Shown here: positions 1-8,405 of the stretch, piece by piece
Layout: the number at the start of each line of letters is the position of its first letter
How positions within the stretch are numbered: position 1 is the first letter of the stretch
NCBI GenBank assembly: GCA_038217285.1
Contig: JBBQPO010000118.1
Coordinates: forward strand, 1-17,631
Direction of reading: 5' to 3'
DNA: 17,631 nucleotides
Source of the DNA: Chthonomonadales bacterium
GTDB lineage: Bacteria; Armatimonadota; Chthonomonadetes; Chthonomonadales; Chthonomonadaceae
Notes under the pieces: model-generated
Databases searched by the model: none
Seen by the model: only the letters and a program-made list of their open reading frames with translations
Told to the model about the DNA's origin: nothing
Position numbers and translations under genes: made by a program

Positions 1-1
1 G

Positions 2-7
2 TATACT
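2..7 (+). promoter_or_regulatory. Possible -10 element (TATACT) for the helicase gene, implying a ~175-nt 5' leader
   Basis: TATACT at 2-7, 5/6 match to TATAAT; the -35 region lies outside the window. Confidence 0.35.
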
Positions 8-188
8 AGACCGGCACCTACCGAAATGACCAGAATGCCCTCTGATTTCCCTGACAGGAACAAGACTTGCCCCTTCCGATTTACGGAGGGTGAGAACCAC
101 TGTGGGATAACACAGTGTGCGTTCAGCTAAGTGAAGCCCCAATATTACGTTTGGGGAAGGTGTCAGAGAAAAGGATACCCGATACGTT

Positions 189-2252
189 ATGAGTCCTATC
201 AAGACAAGCAAAAAGACGACTGGTGCGGGCAAGACCGCCGAGAAGACCCCGGCGCAGCCCGCAGCACAAGAAGAAGTCACGTCGCTCGGCCCAATCATCA
301 CCGAGAACGACGAAACCGCGACGGAAACGGTGGCCATGGCGCCCCAACCGGAAGCGGAAACCCCCGAAATAAGCGAAGAGAACGAAGAGAACAGTGAACC
401 CGAGGTTCAGGCCGCCGCGTTCCGCGCCCTGAAACTCAGCGAACCGTCCATGCGCGCCATCATCGAAGCCGGTTTCGAAGCGCCGACGCCCATTCAGGAG
501 CAGTCGATCCCCATCCTTATGGCGGGCCACGATCTGATCGGCCAGGCGCAGACCGGAACCGGCAAGACGGCCGCGTTCGCCCTGCCGATAGCCGAGCTTC
601 TGGATCCCACCCAGGCGCATCCCCAGGCCATCATCCTGCTGCCGACGCGCGAGCTCTGCATCCAGGTGGCGCAGGAGACGCACAACCTGAGCAAATACTG
701 CCGTCTGCGGGTCGTTCCCGTCTATGGCGGGCAGCCCATCGACCGCCAGTTCCGCGCGCTCTCGTTCGGAGCGCATATCGTGGTGGGAACGCCGGGGCGC
801 GTCCTCGACCACCTGCGACGCGGCACCCTGAAACTCGGCGGCGTGAAAATGGTCGTGCTGGACGAGGCCGACGAGATGCTCAACATGGGCTTCCTCGAAG
901 ATGTCGAGGAGATCCTGAAATCCGCGCCGGAAACCCGCCAGACTGCGCTCTTCTCCGCGACCATGCCTCCGCGCATCGCAGCGCTCGCCCGAACTTACCT
1001 GCGCGATCCGCAGCGGGTCACCATCGAGAGCAAGCGCCGCACGGTCGAACTGGTGACGCAGACCTACTACGAGGTTCCGCCCTCTCAGAAGGTCGAGGCG
1101 CTCACCCGCATTCTCGATATGGAGTCTCCGGGCAGCACCATCCTGTTCTGCCGCACCCGCCGGGATGTCGATGATCTGGGCGAGTCGCTGCAGCTGCGCG
1201 GCTATCAGGCCGAGACGCTGCATGGCGACATGAACCAGGCGGCGCGTGATCGCGTCATGGCGCGCTTCCGCTCCGGGGTGGCCGACCTGCTGATCGCCAC
1301 CGATGTGGCGGCACGCGGCCTCGACATCGATCAGGTCACCCACGTCATCAACTACGATATTCCGTGGGATGTCGAAGCCTACATTCACCGCATCGGCCGC
1401 ACCGGTCGCGCCGGACGCACCGGCGACGCGATCACCCTGGTTTCGCCTCGCGAACGCTTCCAACTGCGCCAGATCGAGCGCTACATCAACGCTCCGATCC
1501 TGCCAGCGCGGGTTCCGACGGTCGGCGACATCGCCGCACGCCGCCGCGAGCTGTTCAAAGACAAACTGCGCGAGACCCTGGCCGAAGGCAACTGCGACGG
1601 CTATCTTGTGACGGTCGGAGAGCTGGTCGAAGAGGGCAAGTACGATGCGCCGCAGATCGCGGCCGCCGCGCTGCAGATGCTGTGGCAGGGCCAGAAGGGT
1701 GCGGAGGACTACGATATCTCCGCAGCCGATCTGCCCGGCACCCAGGCCGAGCAGGGCATGACCCGGCTGTTCCTCCAGATCGGTCGGCAGGACGGCGTTC
1801 GTCCTGGCGACATCGTGGGAGCCATCGCGAACGAGGCCGGTATCTCCGGAAGCGCCATCGGCGCCATCGAGATTCTCGACCGAAGCACCTACGTCGAGGT
1901 GCCCGAGGCCGAGGCAAACCGCGTCATCGAGGCGCTGAACCGCACCAAACTGCGCGGCAAGAAGGTCTATGTCGAGATCGCGCGTCCGCGCACCGACGCG
2001 CCCCCGGAGCCGGATCGCCCGCCTTTCCGCCCGCAAGGCAATGACGGCCGGTTTAATGGCGGCGGTGGCGGCGGAGGTCGTGACTTCGGCAATGGCGGCG
2101 GCGGTGGCAATCGGCGCGACAGCGGCCCGCCGCCCTGGGCGCAGAACTATCGCCCCGGACGCGACGCCGGCCCCGACGATTTTGATCGCGGTCGTCGTGC
2201 CGGCGGCAAGCCCGACGCCGATAAAGGCCCGAAGCACCCTCGCAAAAAGTAG
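189..2252 (+). CDS. deaD: DEAD-box RNA helicase, DeaD/CsdA type, with C-terminal DbpA-like RNA-binding domain
   Basis: Q motif GFEAPTPIQ, motif I AQTGTGKT, PTREL, TPGR, DEAD, SAT, ARGLD, HRIGRTGRAG; DbpA-like GRQDGVRPGDIVGAIANEAGI; acidic N-terminal extension and Gly/Arg-rich C-terminal tail. Confidence 0.93.
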   Translation: MSPIKTSKKTTGAGKTAEKTPAQPAAQEEVTSLGPIITENDETATETVAMAPQPEAETPEISEENEENSEPEVQAAAFRALKLSEPSMRAIIEAGFEAPTPIQEQSIPILMAGHDLIGQAQTGTGKTAAFALPIAELLDPTQAHPQAIILLPTRELCIQVAQETHNLSKYCRLRVVPVYGGQPIDRQFRALSFGAHIVVGTPGRVLDHLRRGTLKLGGVKMVVLDEADEMLNMGFLEDVEEILKSAPETRQTALFSATMPPRIAALARTYLRDPQRVTIESKRRTVELVTQTYYEVPPSQKVEALTRILDMESPGSTILFCRTRRDVDDLGESLQLRGYQAETLHGDMNQAARDRVMARFRSGVADLLIATDVAARGLDIDQVTHVINYDIPWDVEAYIHRIGRTGRAGRTGDAITLVSPRERFQLRQIERYINAPILPARVPTVGDIAARRRELFKDKLRETLAEGNCDGYLVTVGELVEEGKYDAPQIAAAALQMLWQGQKGAEDYDISAADLPGTQAEQGMTRLFLQIGRQDGVRPGDIVGAIANEAGISGSAIGAIEILDRSTYVEVPEAEANRVIEALNRTKLRGKKVYVEIARPRTDAPPEPDRPPFRPQGNDGRFNGGGGGGGRDFGNGGGGGNRRDSGPPPWAQNYRPGRDAGPDDFDRGRRAGGKPDADKGPKHPRKK

Positions 2253-2266
2253 CCGGGATTGCCTCT

Positions 2267-2303
2267 AAAATGGGCCGATGGAGAAGACTCTCCATCGGCC
2301 TTT
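2267..2303 (+). terminator. Intrinsic terminator after the helicase, possibly bidirectional
   Basis: Perfect 12-bp stem GGCCGATGGAGA (2273-2284)/TCTCCATCGGCC (2289-2300), 4-nt loop, TTT after and AAAA before. Confidence 0.75.
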
Positions 2304-2370
2304 GCCAATTTCAAAAATAGAGGAACATGGTCTGAACCAAACGCCTGCATTCGCGTCACTAATATCACGG

Positions 2371-2387
2371 CAACAGCGCTGTTGACA
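2371..2387. promoter_or_regulatory. 14-bp perfect palindrome (candidate operator) overlapping a TTGACA -35 hexamer
   Basis: CAACAGCGCTGTTG at 2371-2384 is its own reverse complement; TTGACA at 2382-2387; no good -10 at 17-bp spacing. Confidence 0.45.
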
Positions 2388-2422
2388 TAAATGCTGTGTA
2401 CGTGAAGTAAAAGGAAAGACCG

Positions 2423-2686
2423 ATGCAACATCCATCCCACGGTTCTCGCTCCTCCCGAGAGTGTCCCTCCTGTAAAAAATCGCTGTACTACTCTTCGACC
2501 CGATGCTCGGACTGCGGCTGGCAGGCGTGGCATACCACGCAGGAGTTCACCTGGCTGCTGGTTGCACTGGTGATCGGCGTCATGTTCGTCTTCAGTCTCT
2601 CCCGACAGAGCAGCGGTTTCACGACCGCCCAGCAGTCGCAGCGCGATCAACAGTATGCGACCACGCGTGACCACCTGAACCGCTGA
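2423..2686 (+). CDS. Small hypothetical membrane protein with zinc-ribbon-like CxxC-x10-CxxC and one TM helix
   Basis: CPSC...CSDCG followed by hydrophobic WLLVALVIGVMFVFSL; AAGGA SD upstream of ATG. Confidence 0.7.
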   Translation: MQHPSHGSRSSRECPSCKKSLYYSSTRCSDCGWQAWHTTQEFTWLLVALVIGVMFVFSLSRQSSGFTTAQQSQRDQQYATTRDHLNR

Positions 2687-2708
2687 CCTCCGCGCCCACA
2701 AAACCGTC

Positions 2709-2800
2709 CGGGACGTTTCGGGTATAATATCCTAATCCCCGAAATGTTCCGCTCGGTCGTCAGGCCGTTGCGGGCGCATTCTGCGAAAGGCGGCAATGGC
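2709..2800 (+). promoter_or_regulatory. trpE upstream region: TATAAT -10 in the loop of a 14-bp inverted repeat, plus a second stem before the start codon
   Basis: TATAAT 2723-2728; arms 2709-2722/2738-2751 pair fully with two G-U pairs; GCCGTTGC 2764-2771/GCAATGGC 2793-2800. Confidence 0.5.
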
Positions 2801-2805
2801 GCACA

Positions 2806-4311
2806 ATGGTAGTCCCGGATCGTGCGGAGTTTCTGGCCCGCGCCCAACGCGGCAATCTGGTTCCTGTCTATCGTGAGATCCTTGCGGACCGTCTGACTCC
2901 GGTTTCCGCGTTCGAAAAGCTGATCGCCACCGAAGAGCCGGGCAGTAATGGCTGCGCTTTTTTGCTGGAGAGCGCCGAGGGTGGCGAGCGCATGGGTCGT
3001 TACTCGTTCCTCGGCAGCAACCCCTCGCTTATTTTTCGCAGCAAAGGCCGTCATGCCACAATTCAGGAGGGCGGACAGGTCCGCGATCTGACCATCGGCC
3101 CGGACGAAGACCCGCTGACCCTCGTCGCGGGGCTGCTGGCGCGGTACACCTATGTAGAGACTCCGGACCTGCCCCGGTTCTGCGGCGGCGCGGTCGGATA
3201 TTTCGGCTACGACATCGTACGCTTCTTCGAGAATCTGCCGGACTCCAATCCGGATGAGGTGGATGTAGACGACGCCTGTCTTCTATTCACGGATACGCTG
3301 CTGGTGTTCGATCATGTTCGGCACCGTGTCAAGGTAGTCTGCAATGCCCACATCACCGACGATCCTGGCGCGGCCTACGAAGACGCTCTGCGCAAGATCG
3401 AAGCCCTGATCGCCCGTCTGCGCACACCTCACCCTGCCGCACTGCTCACGCCGCCCGGCTCCGAGCCTGCTGCCGTACAGGTGGAATCGCTCTTTCCACG
3501 TCCCGAATACGAGGCGGCGGTGGAGCGCTGCCGCGACTACATTCTGGCCGGGGATGCGTTTCAGATCGTGCTGTCGCAGCGGTTCCGGGTTCCGTTTACC
3601 GCCCCTCCCTTCGACCTCTATCGCGCCCTCCGCTCCGTCAATCCCTCGCCTTATATGTTCTATCTCGACCTGGGAACACGCAAGGTGATCGGCACGTCGC
3701 CCGAGACCCTGGTTTCGGTCGAGCGCGGCATGGCCCGCTTGCGTCCGATCGCCGGCACGCGCCCGCGCGGCGCGACCATAGAAGAAGACAAGCGGTTGGA
3801 AGTGGAGCTACTGGCGGATGCCAAGGAGTGCGCCGAGCATATCATGCTGGTAGATCTGAGCCGCAACGATCTGGGCCGGGTCTGCGAATACGGCAGCGTC
3901 CACGTCAATGAACTGATGATCATCGAGCGGTATTCGCACGTGATGCATATCGTCTCCGACGTGACGGGCCGCCTGCGCCCCGACCAGAATATCTATACGA
4001 TGCTGCGCTCCTGCTTCCCGCACGGCACGGTTTCCGGCGCTCCCAAGGTGCGAGCGATGGAGATCATCGACGAGCAGGAGCCGACCCGGCGCGGCCTCTA
4101 TGCAGGCGCGGTCGGCTATATCAGCTATTCCGGCGATATGGATGTCGCCATCGCCATTCGCACCATGCTCGTGGACGGGCAGACCGCCTATCTGCAGGCT
4201 GGCGGCGGTGTGGTCGCCGACTCCGTCCCTGCCAACGAGTATCAGGAGTGCCTCAACAAAGCCCGCGCCCTCGTCCACGCCATCGAACTCGCCGAAGCCG
4301 GTCTGGAATAA
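2806..4311 (+). CDS. trpE: Anthranilate synthase component I
   Basis: FLLES and NPSPYM Trp-feedback motifs, GRYSF, PIAGT (PabB has PIKGT), EHIMLVDL, HVMH, GTVSGAPKVRAMEII, YAGAVG, IRT, QAGGGVVADS. Confidence 0.92.
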   Translation: MVVPDRAEFLARAQRGNLVPVYREILADRLTPVSAFEKLIATEEPGSNGCAFLLESAEGGERMGRYSFLGSNPSLIFRSKGRHATIQEGGQVRDLTIGPDEDPLTLVAGLLARYTYVETPDLPRFCGGAVGYFGYDIVRFFENLPDSNPDEVDVDDACLLFTDTLLVFDHVRHRVKVVCNAHITDDPGAAYEDALRKIEALIARLRTPHPAALLTPPGSEPAAVQVESLFPRPEYEAAVERCRDYILAGDAFQIVLSQRFRVPFTAPPFDLYRALRSVNPSPYMFYLDLGTRKVIGTSPETLVSVERGMARLRPIAGTRPRGATIEEDKRLEVELLADAKECAEHIMLVDLSRNDLGRVCEYGSVHVNELMIIERYSHVMHIVSDVTGRLRPDQNIYTMLRSCFPHGTVSGAPKVRAMEIIDEQEPTRRGLYAGAVGYISYSGDMDVAIAIRTMLVDGQTAYLQAGGGVVADSVPANEYQECLNKARALVHAIELAEAGLE

Positions 4312-4380
4312 TCTTCTCATCACGCTCCCTGCCGGCCTGCACACGGAAGTTGGATAGTCCTGCCCTGCGGAGAAAATTAT

Positions 4381-5367
4381 ATGAATACACGACGCAATAT
4401 CTACGGACTGTTGCTGGCGGTCCTGGTCGTCGGGCTTGTCGGACTGGGATGGTATCTGTTCGCGAAGGCGGCGCGGGCCGGTATGCATGTGGTGACTCAA
4501 GACAACCTGCTGTTCGCCATTCAGGCCGGGAACGTCCGTGACGTCAGGGATCTGCTGGCAGGCGGCGTTCAGATCGACGGCAGAGGCGCGAGCGGCGAGA
4601 TACCGTTGACGCAAGCGGCGCAGGCAGGAAACCTTGAGATCGTCCAACTATTGATCTCCCGTGGCGCCAATGTGAATGGAACCAGCCAGGCTGGGGTAAC
4701 GCCGTTGATGGCGGCGGCGTTGCAGGGCAAATCGACCATGCTGAATCTGCTGCTGGAGCACGGCGCAGATCCCAACCTCAAGGACCCCGCCGGCAGCACA
4801 GCCGCCTCCTATGCGCTCAACACAACAGACGTGGCCTCTACGCACCTCCTGCTGGAGAGGACAGGCCAGACCGATGCCCACGATGCGCAGGGGCGGACTG
4901 CCCTTATGTGGGCGATCCGGCAGGGGGATAGCAAGCTGGTCGAGGCGCTGCTGGCCAAAAACGCGGATGTGAATGCCAAAGATATGGTGGGCAAGAACGC
5001 GTTGGTCGTCGCGCTGGAGAGCGGACACTCGGCCCTGGCGCGCCGTCTGCTGACGAAGACGAAGGACGTCAACATCAAGGGCCAGAACGGCGCCACCGTC
5101 CTGATGTGGGCGGTCGCGCGCGGGGATGCCCAACTGGTTCAAGCGTTGCTGGATCGCGGCGCGGCGGTGAATACGCAGGACGACGCCGGAGAGACCGCTC
5201 TCATCGGCGCGGCCAAAGGGGGTGGCGAGGAGATCGTCGCTCTGCTGCTGGCGCACGGAGCCGAGGCGACACTGGCGGACTATCAGGAGATGACGGCGTT
5301 GAAATGGGCCGAAGAGCGCAGACATACGAGCATCGTACAGCGTCTGCGCAAGGCCGGAGCGAAATAG
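4381..5367 (+). CDS. Ankyrin-repeat protein with N-terminal signal/TM anchor
   Basis: About nine 33-aa repeats (GVTPLMAAA, GRTALMWAI, GATVLMWAV, GETALIGAA; LL..GADVN); N-terminal LLLAVLVVGLVGLGWYLF; GGAG SD. Confidence 0.92.
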   Translation: MNTRRNIYGLLLAVLVVGLVGLGWYLFAKAARAGMHVVTQDNLLFAIQAGNVRDVRDLLAGGVQIDGRGASGEIPLTQAAQAGNLEIVQLLISRGANVNGTSQAGVTPLMAAALQGKSTMLNLLLEHGADPNLKDPAGSTAASYALNTTDVASTHLLLERTGQTDAHDAQGRTALMWAIRQGDSKLVEALLAKNADVNAKDMVGKNALVVALESGHSALARRLLTKTKDVNIKGQNGATVLMWAVARGDAQLVQALLDRGAAVNTQDDAGETALIGAAKGGGEEIVALLLAHGAEATLADYQEMTALKWAEERRHTSIVQRLRKAGAK

Positions 5368-5509
5368 CGGCCTACGGCTCACGACCGAGCCGCAGAGTCG
5401 GCGTTCTCTGTCGAGGACGTTTCTCGTGATTTCGGCCCGATGGTTAAGGGAAAAGCGCCTGCGATGGCGAACAGAACAGAGCAAACGACACAACGCGGAG
5501 GAGCGTGAC

Positions 5510-6394
5510 ATGAAACTGGTTCGATTTGAGAAGGATGGGCGCGTGGCGACAGGCGCACTGGCGGCGGATGGGGCGACGATTGTCGATTTTCAGGCCGCGA
5601 CGGGCGATACCGCGCGGTTTCCGCTCTCTATGTGCGCGTTTCTGGCGCGGGGAGCGGCGGGCCTTAACGAGGCGCGGGATGTGGTGGTGAACGCACCGGC
5701 CTCCGCGAAGGTCGCCCTCGATTCCGTGCAGTTGCTGGCCCCCGTCGGTGATCCTGGCAAGATCATGTGCATCGGGCAGAACTACCGCGATCACTGCGCC
5801 GAGCAGAACCAGCCGATCCCCGAACGCGCCATTCTGTTCTCCAAATACATGACTGCCATCAACAACCCGAACGCGCAGGTGCGGCTCCTCAAGGTGTCGC
5901 CCATGGTGGACTATGAGGCTGAGTTGGCGGTCGTCATCGGCGGCGAGGGGGGTGGGGGACGCGACATCGCGGAGGCGGACGCTCTGCGCCATGTCGCGGG
6001 CTATCTATGCGCGAACGATGTGTCGGCGCGCGACATCCAGAAGGGCGACGGGCAGTGGGTGCGCGGCAAGTCGCCGGACGGCTTCCTGCCGATCGGTCCG
6101 TGGCTGGTGACCGCCGACGAGATCGCAGATCCCCATACTCTCGACATCTCGCTGACGCTCAACGGCACGACCATGCAGACCTCCAACACCAGCAACCTGA
6201 TTTTTCGCATCCCTTACCTGATCGCCCTCCTCTCGCAGACGATGACGCTACTGCCCGGCGACATTCTCTCGACCGGCACGCCCGGCGGCGTCGGCGTCTT
6301 CCGCAACCCGCCCATCTTCCTGAAGCCGGGCGATGTCACCGCTGTCACGATCGCCTCCATCGGCACCCTCACCAACACCTTCGTCGCTCCGTAA
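5510..6394 (+). CDS. Fumarylacetoacetate hydrolase (FAH) family protein
   Basis: KIMCIGQNY, DYEAEL, NDVSARD, GKS, PIGPWL, TLLPGDILSTGTPGGVG; start moved to MKLVRF (5510) because of GGAGGAG SD. Confidence 0.92.
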   Translation: MKLVRFEKDGRVATGALAADGATIVDFQAATGDTARFPLSMCAFLARGAAGLNEARDVVVNAPASAKVALDSVQLLAPVGDPGKIMCIGQNYRDHCAEQNQPIPERAILFSKYMTAINNPNAQVRLLKVSPMVDYEAELAVVIGGEGGGGRDIAEADALRHVAGYLCANDVSARDIQKGDGQWVRGKSPDGFLPIGPWLVTADEIADPHTLDISLTLNGTTMQTSNTSNLIFRIPYLIALLSQTMTLLPGDILSTGTPGGVGVFRNPPIFLKPGDVTAVTIASIGTLTNTFVAP

Positions 6395-6417
6395 GCAGCG
6401 GCGCGTACCTTCCTTGC

Positions 6418-6457
6418 AGACCGGCCCACCGCACAGAAATGTGCGGTGGGCCTGTCT
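6418..6457. terminator. Strong hairpin between convergent genes (probable bidirectional terminator)
   Basis: GGCCCACCGCACA-GAAA-TGTGCGGTGGGCC perfect 13-bp stem, extended by AGAC/GTCT. Confidence 0.75.
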
Positions 6458-6479
6458 CTATTTCAGCCTCGGGCGGATT

Positions 6480-7505
6480 CTATAGGGCAGGTTCTACCGC
6501 GACTTCGCGGCCGGTGCGGGCAGACTCGTAGGCGGCGAGGATAAGGCGGACGTTTTCGCGCCCGTCTTCGGGGGTGGCGCGAAGGGGAACGCCCTGCTGC
6601 ACGACATCGAGGAAGTGGCCGATGAGCCGCTCATAGCCGTGATGCCAACTGTGCTCCGTATTGAGAACCTCTTCAGGCTGACCGGGTCGGAAGAGCACCA
6701 GTCCGCGGCCTTCGCCATAGGCGTCGAGCGTGAGGCAGCCTTCTGTGCCGAAGACGGTCAGGAGCGGTGCCGCGCCCCTCCCACGCGCGGCATGGCAGGC
6801 GAAAAGCTGGCCCAGGTGTCCGGCGGCATAGCGCAGGTTGAGGATGGCGATATCCTCGCAGCCGACGCCCAGTTCCGGGCGCAGTTCGTTGGTCATGGCG
6901 TGGACCGCAGTCACCTCGCCGCCGACCTGCCTCAGCACGTCCACGATGTGGATTCCGCCGTCCATCAGGTGCCCGCCGCCCGATTCGGCGGCGCTGCCGC
7001 GCCATTCGCGGTTGAGTTCGGCGCGCTGCCAGTAGGCGAATGCGGCCTGCAGTCCGACCAGGGCGCCGATGGCTCCCTCTCGCACCAGGGCTGCTGCCTG
7101 CTCCACATTGCCCGCCGTGCGCATGGGCTCACCGTGCATCAGCGTCACGCCTGCCTCGCGCGCGGCGAGGATCATGACGTCGCACTCTTCCGGGTTGCGG
7201 GCGAGGGGCTTCTCGCAGAGGATCGCCTTGCCGGCCTTCGCGGCGGCGAGAGTCGCTGCCGCATGGAGATGGTGTGGCAGGCAGAGATCGACCGCGTCGA
7301 GGTCGGGATCTGCCAGCAGAGCGGCGTAGTCGGTGACGATTTTCGGGACGTCGTCGCCCGCCTGGGTCGCGGCCTTTTCCGCCCGTTCGCGCACGGTATC
7401 GCAGCAGGCCGCGACACGCACACGCGCGGCATGAAATCGGTACGCTCTCAGATGCGCCCCGCTGATGTCTCCACATCCTACTATCGCCACGTTCAGGCGT
7501 GTCAT
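6480..7505 (-). CDS. Gfo/Idh/MocA family NAD(P)-dependent oxidoreductase
   Basis: VAIVGCGDIS Rossmann motif, CEKP, GGGHLMDGGIHIVD, C-terminal AAYESARTG. Confidence 0.92.
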   Translation of the reverse strand: MTRLNVAIVGCGDISGAHLRAYRFHAARVRVAACCDTVRERAEKAATQAGDDVPKIVTDYAALLADPDLDAVDLCLPHHLHAAATLAAAKAGKAILCEKPLARNPEECDVMILAAREAGVTLMHGEPMRTAGNVEQAAALVREGAIGALVGLQAAFAYWQRAELNREWRGSAAESGGGHLMDGGIHIVDVLRQVGGEVTAVHAMTNELRPELGVGCEDIAILNLRYAAGHLGQLFACHAARGRGAAPLLTVFGTEGCLTLDAYGEGRGLVLFRPGQPEEVLNTEHSWHHGYERLIGHFLDVVQQGVPLRATPEDGRENVRLILAAYESARTGREVAVEPAL

Positions 7506-8329
7506 CGTGAGTTGCTGTCCTCTCTTGTTTCGTCAGGCGATCTGCGGGGCGGGACGGGCTGCAGGATTTTTGCCTGCTCGGGCGTCAGGCGGGCGATGAG
7601 CGCGTCGGAGTACCGATAGCCGAGGCGGGTGCTGCCCCAGGCGGGTCCGTAGCGATAGACCAGGGTGCGGCGCAGGCCAGGCTTGATTCGGGACGCGCCG
7701 CCGTGACAGATCGAATCGACAAACAGAACCGCGTCTCCCGCCTTTAAAAACACCGGAACCGCTCCCTCGACGGTCTCCGGAGGATCGGCCAGCATGTTCT
7801 CATAGCCTTTTTCGAAGATGGGATGGACGAGTTGCGATTTATGGCTGCCCGGTATCACGACCGTCGGCCCGTCCGGCATTTCCAGAATATCTGTCAGCGC
7901 CAGCAGAATATTAATCTGGCCGCAGTGCCACTGCCCTTCGCTGTAGAAGTAACGCAGCCGGGTGCGGTTGAGATGCCCGCCCGAGTGGATATTGATGAAT
8001 TCGGAGGGGCCGCGCAAGGTGACGAAGCACTCGTCGATAAAAAGCCCCTCGTGTCGGCCCACATAGTGGCGTACATAGTCAATCCAGCCCGGATGATCGA
8101 TGAGCGCCTCGAAGGCAGGACCGCCCTCGACGATGTTCTGGATGTTACGGCCATCGATTTCGCTGTGATACGAATGGCCCTGCACGCGGCCCCACCACGC
8201 GTGGTTTTCCAGTGGGGGGATGGCGTCGATGGCGGCGTTGATCTCCTGCACCTGCGCGGGAGGGACCGCGCCCTGCAGCACCAGGTAGCCGCGCAGATCG
8301 AACAGATAGTCTTCCAACAGGGTGGGCAT
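7502..8329 (-). CDS. Phytanoyl-CoA dioxygenase (PhyH)-like Fe(II)/2-oxoglutarate oxygenase
   Basis: YLFDLRGYLVL N-terminus, GPTVVIPGSHK, LKAGDAVLF...HGG...RR; AAGGAG SD; 4-nt ATGA overlap with the downstream oxidoreductase. Confidence 0.85.
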   Translation of the reverse strand: MPTLLEDYLFDLRGYLVLQGAVPPAQVQEINAAIDAIPPLENHAWWGRVQGHSYHSEIDGRNIQNIVEGGPAFEALIDHPGWIDYVRHYVGRHEGLFIDECFVTLRGPSEFINIHSGGHLNRTRLRYFYSEGQWHCGQINILLALTDILEMPDGPTVVIPGSHKSQLVHPIFEKGYENMLADPPETVEGAVPVFLKAGDAVLFVDSICHGGASRIKPGLRRTLVYRYGPAWGSTRLGYRYSDALIARLTPEQAKILQPVPPRRSPDETREDSNSR

Positions 8330-8397
8330 AAAATCTCTCTCCTTGTAACAGGGGCGCGCCGCCAGAGACAGGTCGGCGTCTCGGCGACAGCGTCTTT

Positions 8398-8405
8398 GAT
8401 TTTAC
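8398..8405 (-). promoter_or_regulatory. Candidate -10 element (GGTAAAAT) for the phyH-like/oxidoreductase operon
   Basis: Minus-strand GGTAAAAT ~70 nt upstream of the start; the same GGTAWAAT pattern occurs before trpE and the terminal transposase. Confidence 0.4.

Noticed and set aside
123..2237. 704-aa minus-strand ORF
   Set aside because: Antisense shadow of the GC-rich helicase gene; no motifs of its own
2423..2686. Small ORF with three Trp codons as a classical trpL attenuator peptide
   Set aside because: Too long, Trp codons not tandem and far from the leader stems; looks like a real zinc-ribbon membrane protein
5375..5410. Two small hairpins after the ankyrin gene
   Set aside because: 5-6 bp stems with no U-tract; expected by chance in GC-rich DNA
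5426..5509. 28-aa N-terminal extension of the FAH ORF
   Set aside because: Family similarity and a strong SD point to ATG 5510
3808..7619. Other long overlapping ORFs (3808-4647, 4648-5511, 6615-7619)
   Set aside because: Antisense frames of well-supported genes, expected at high GC3
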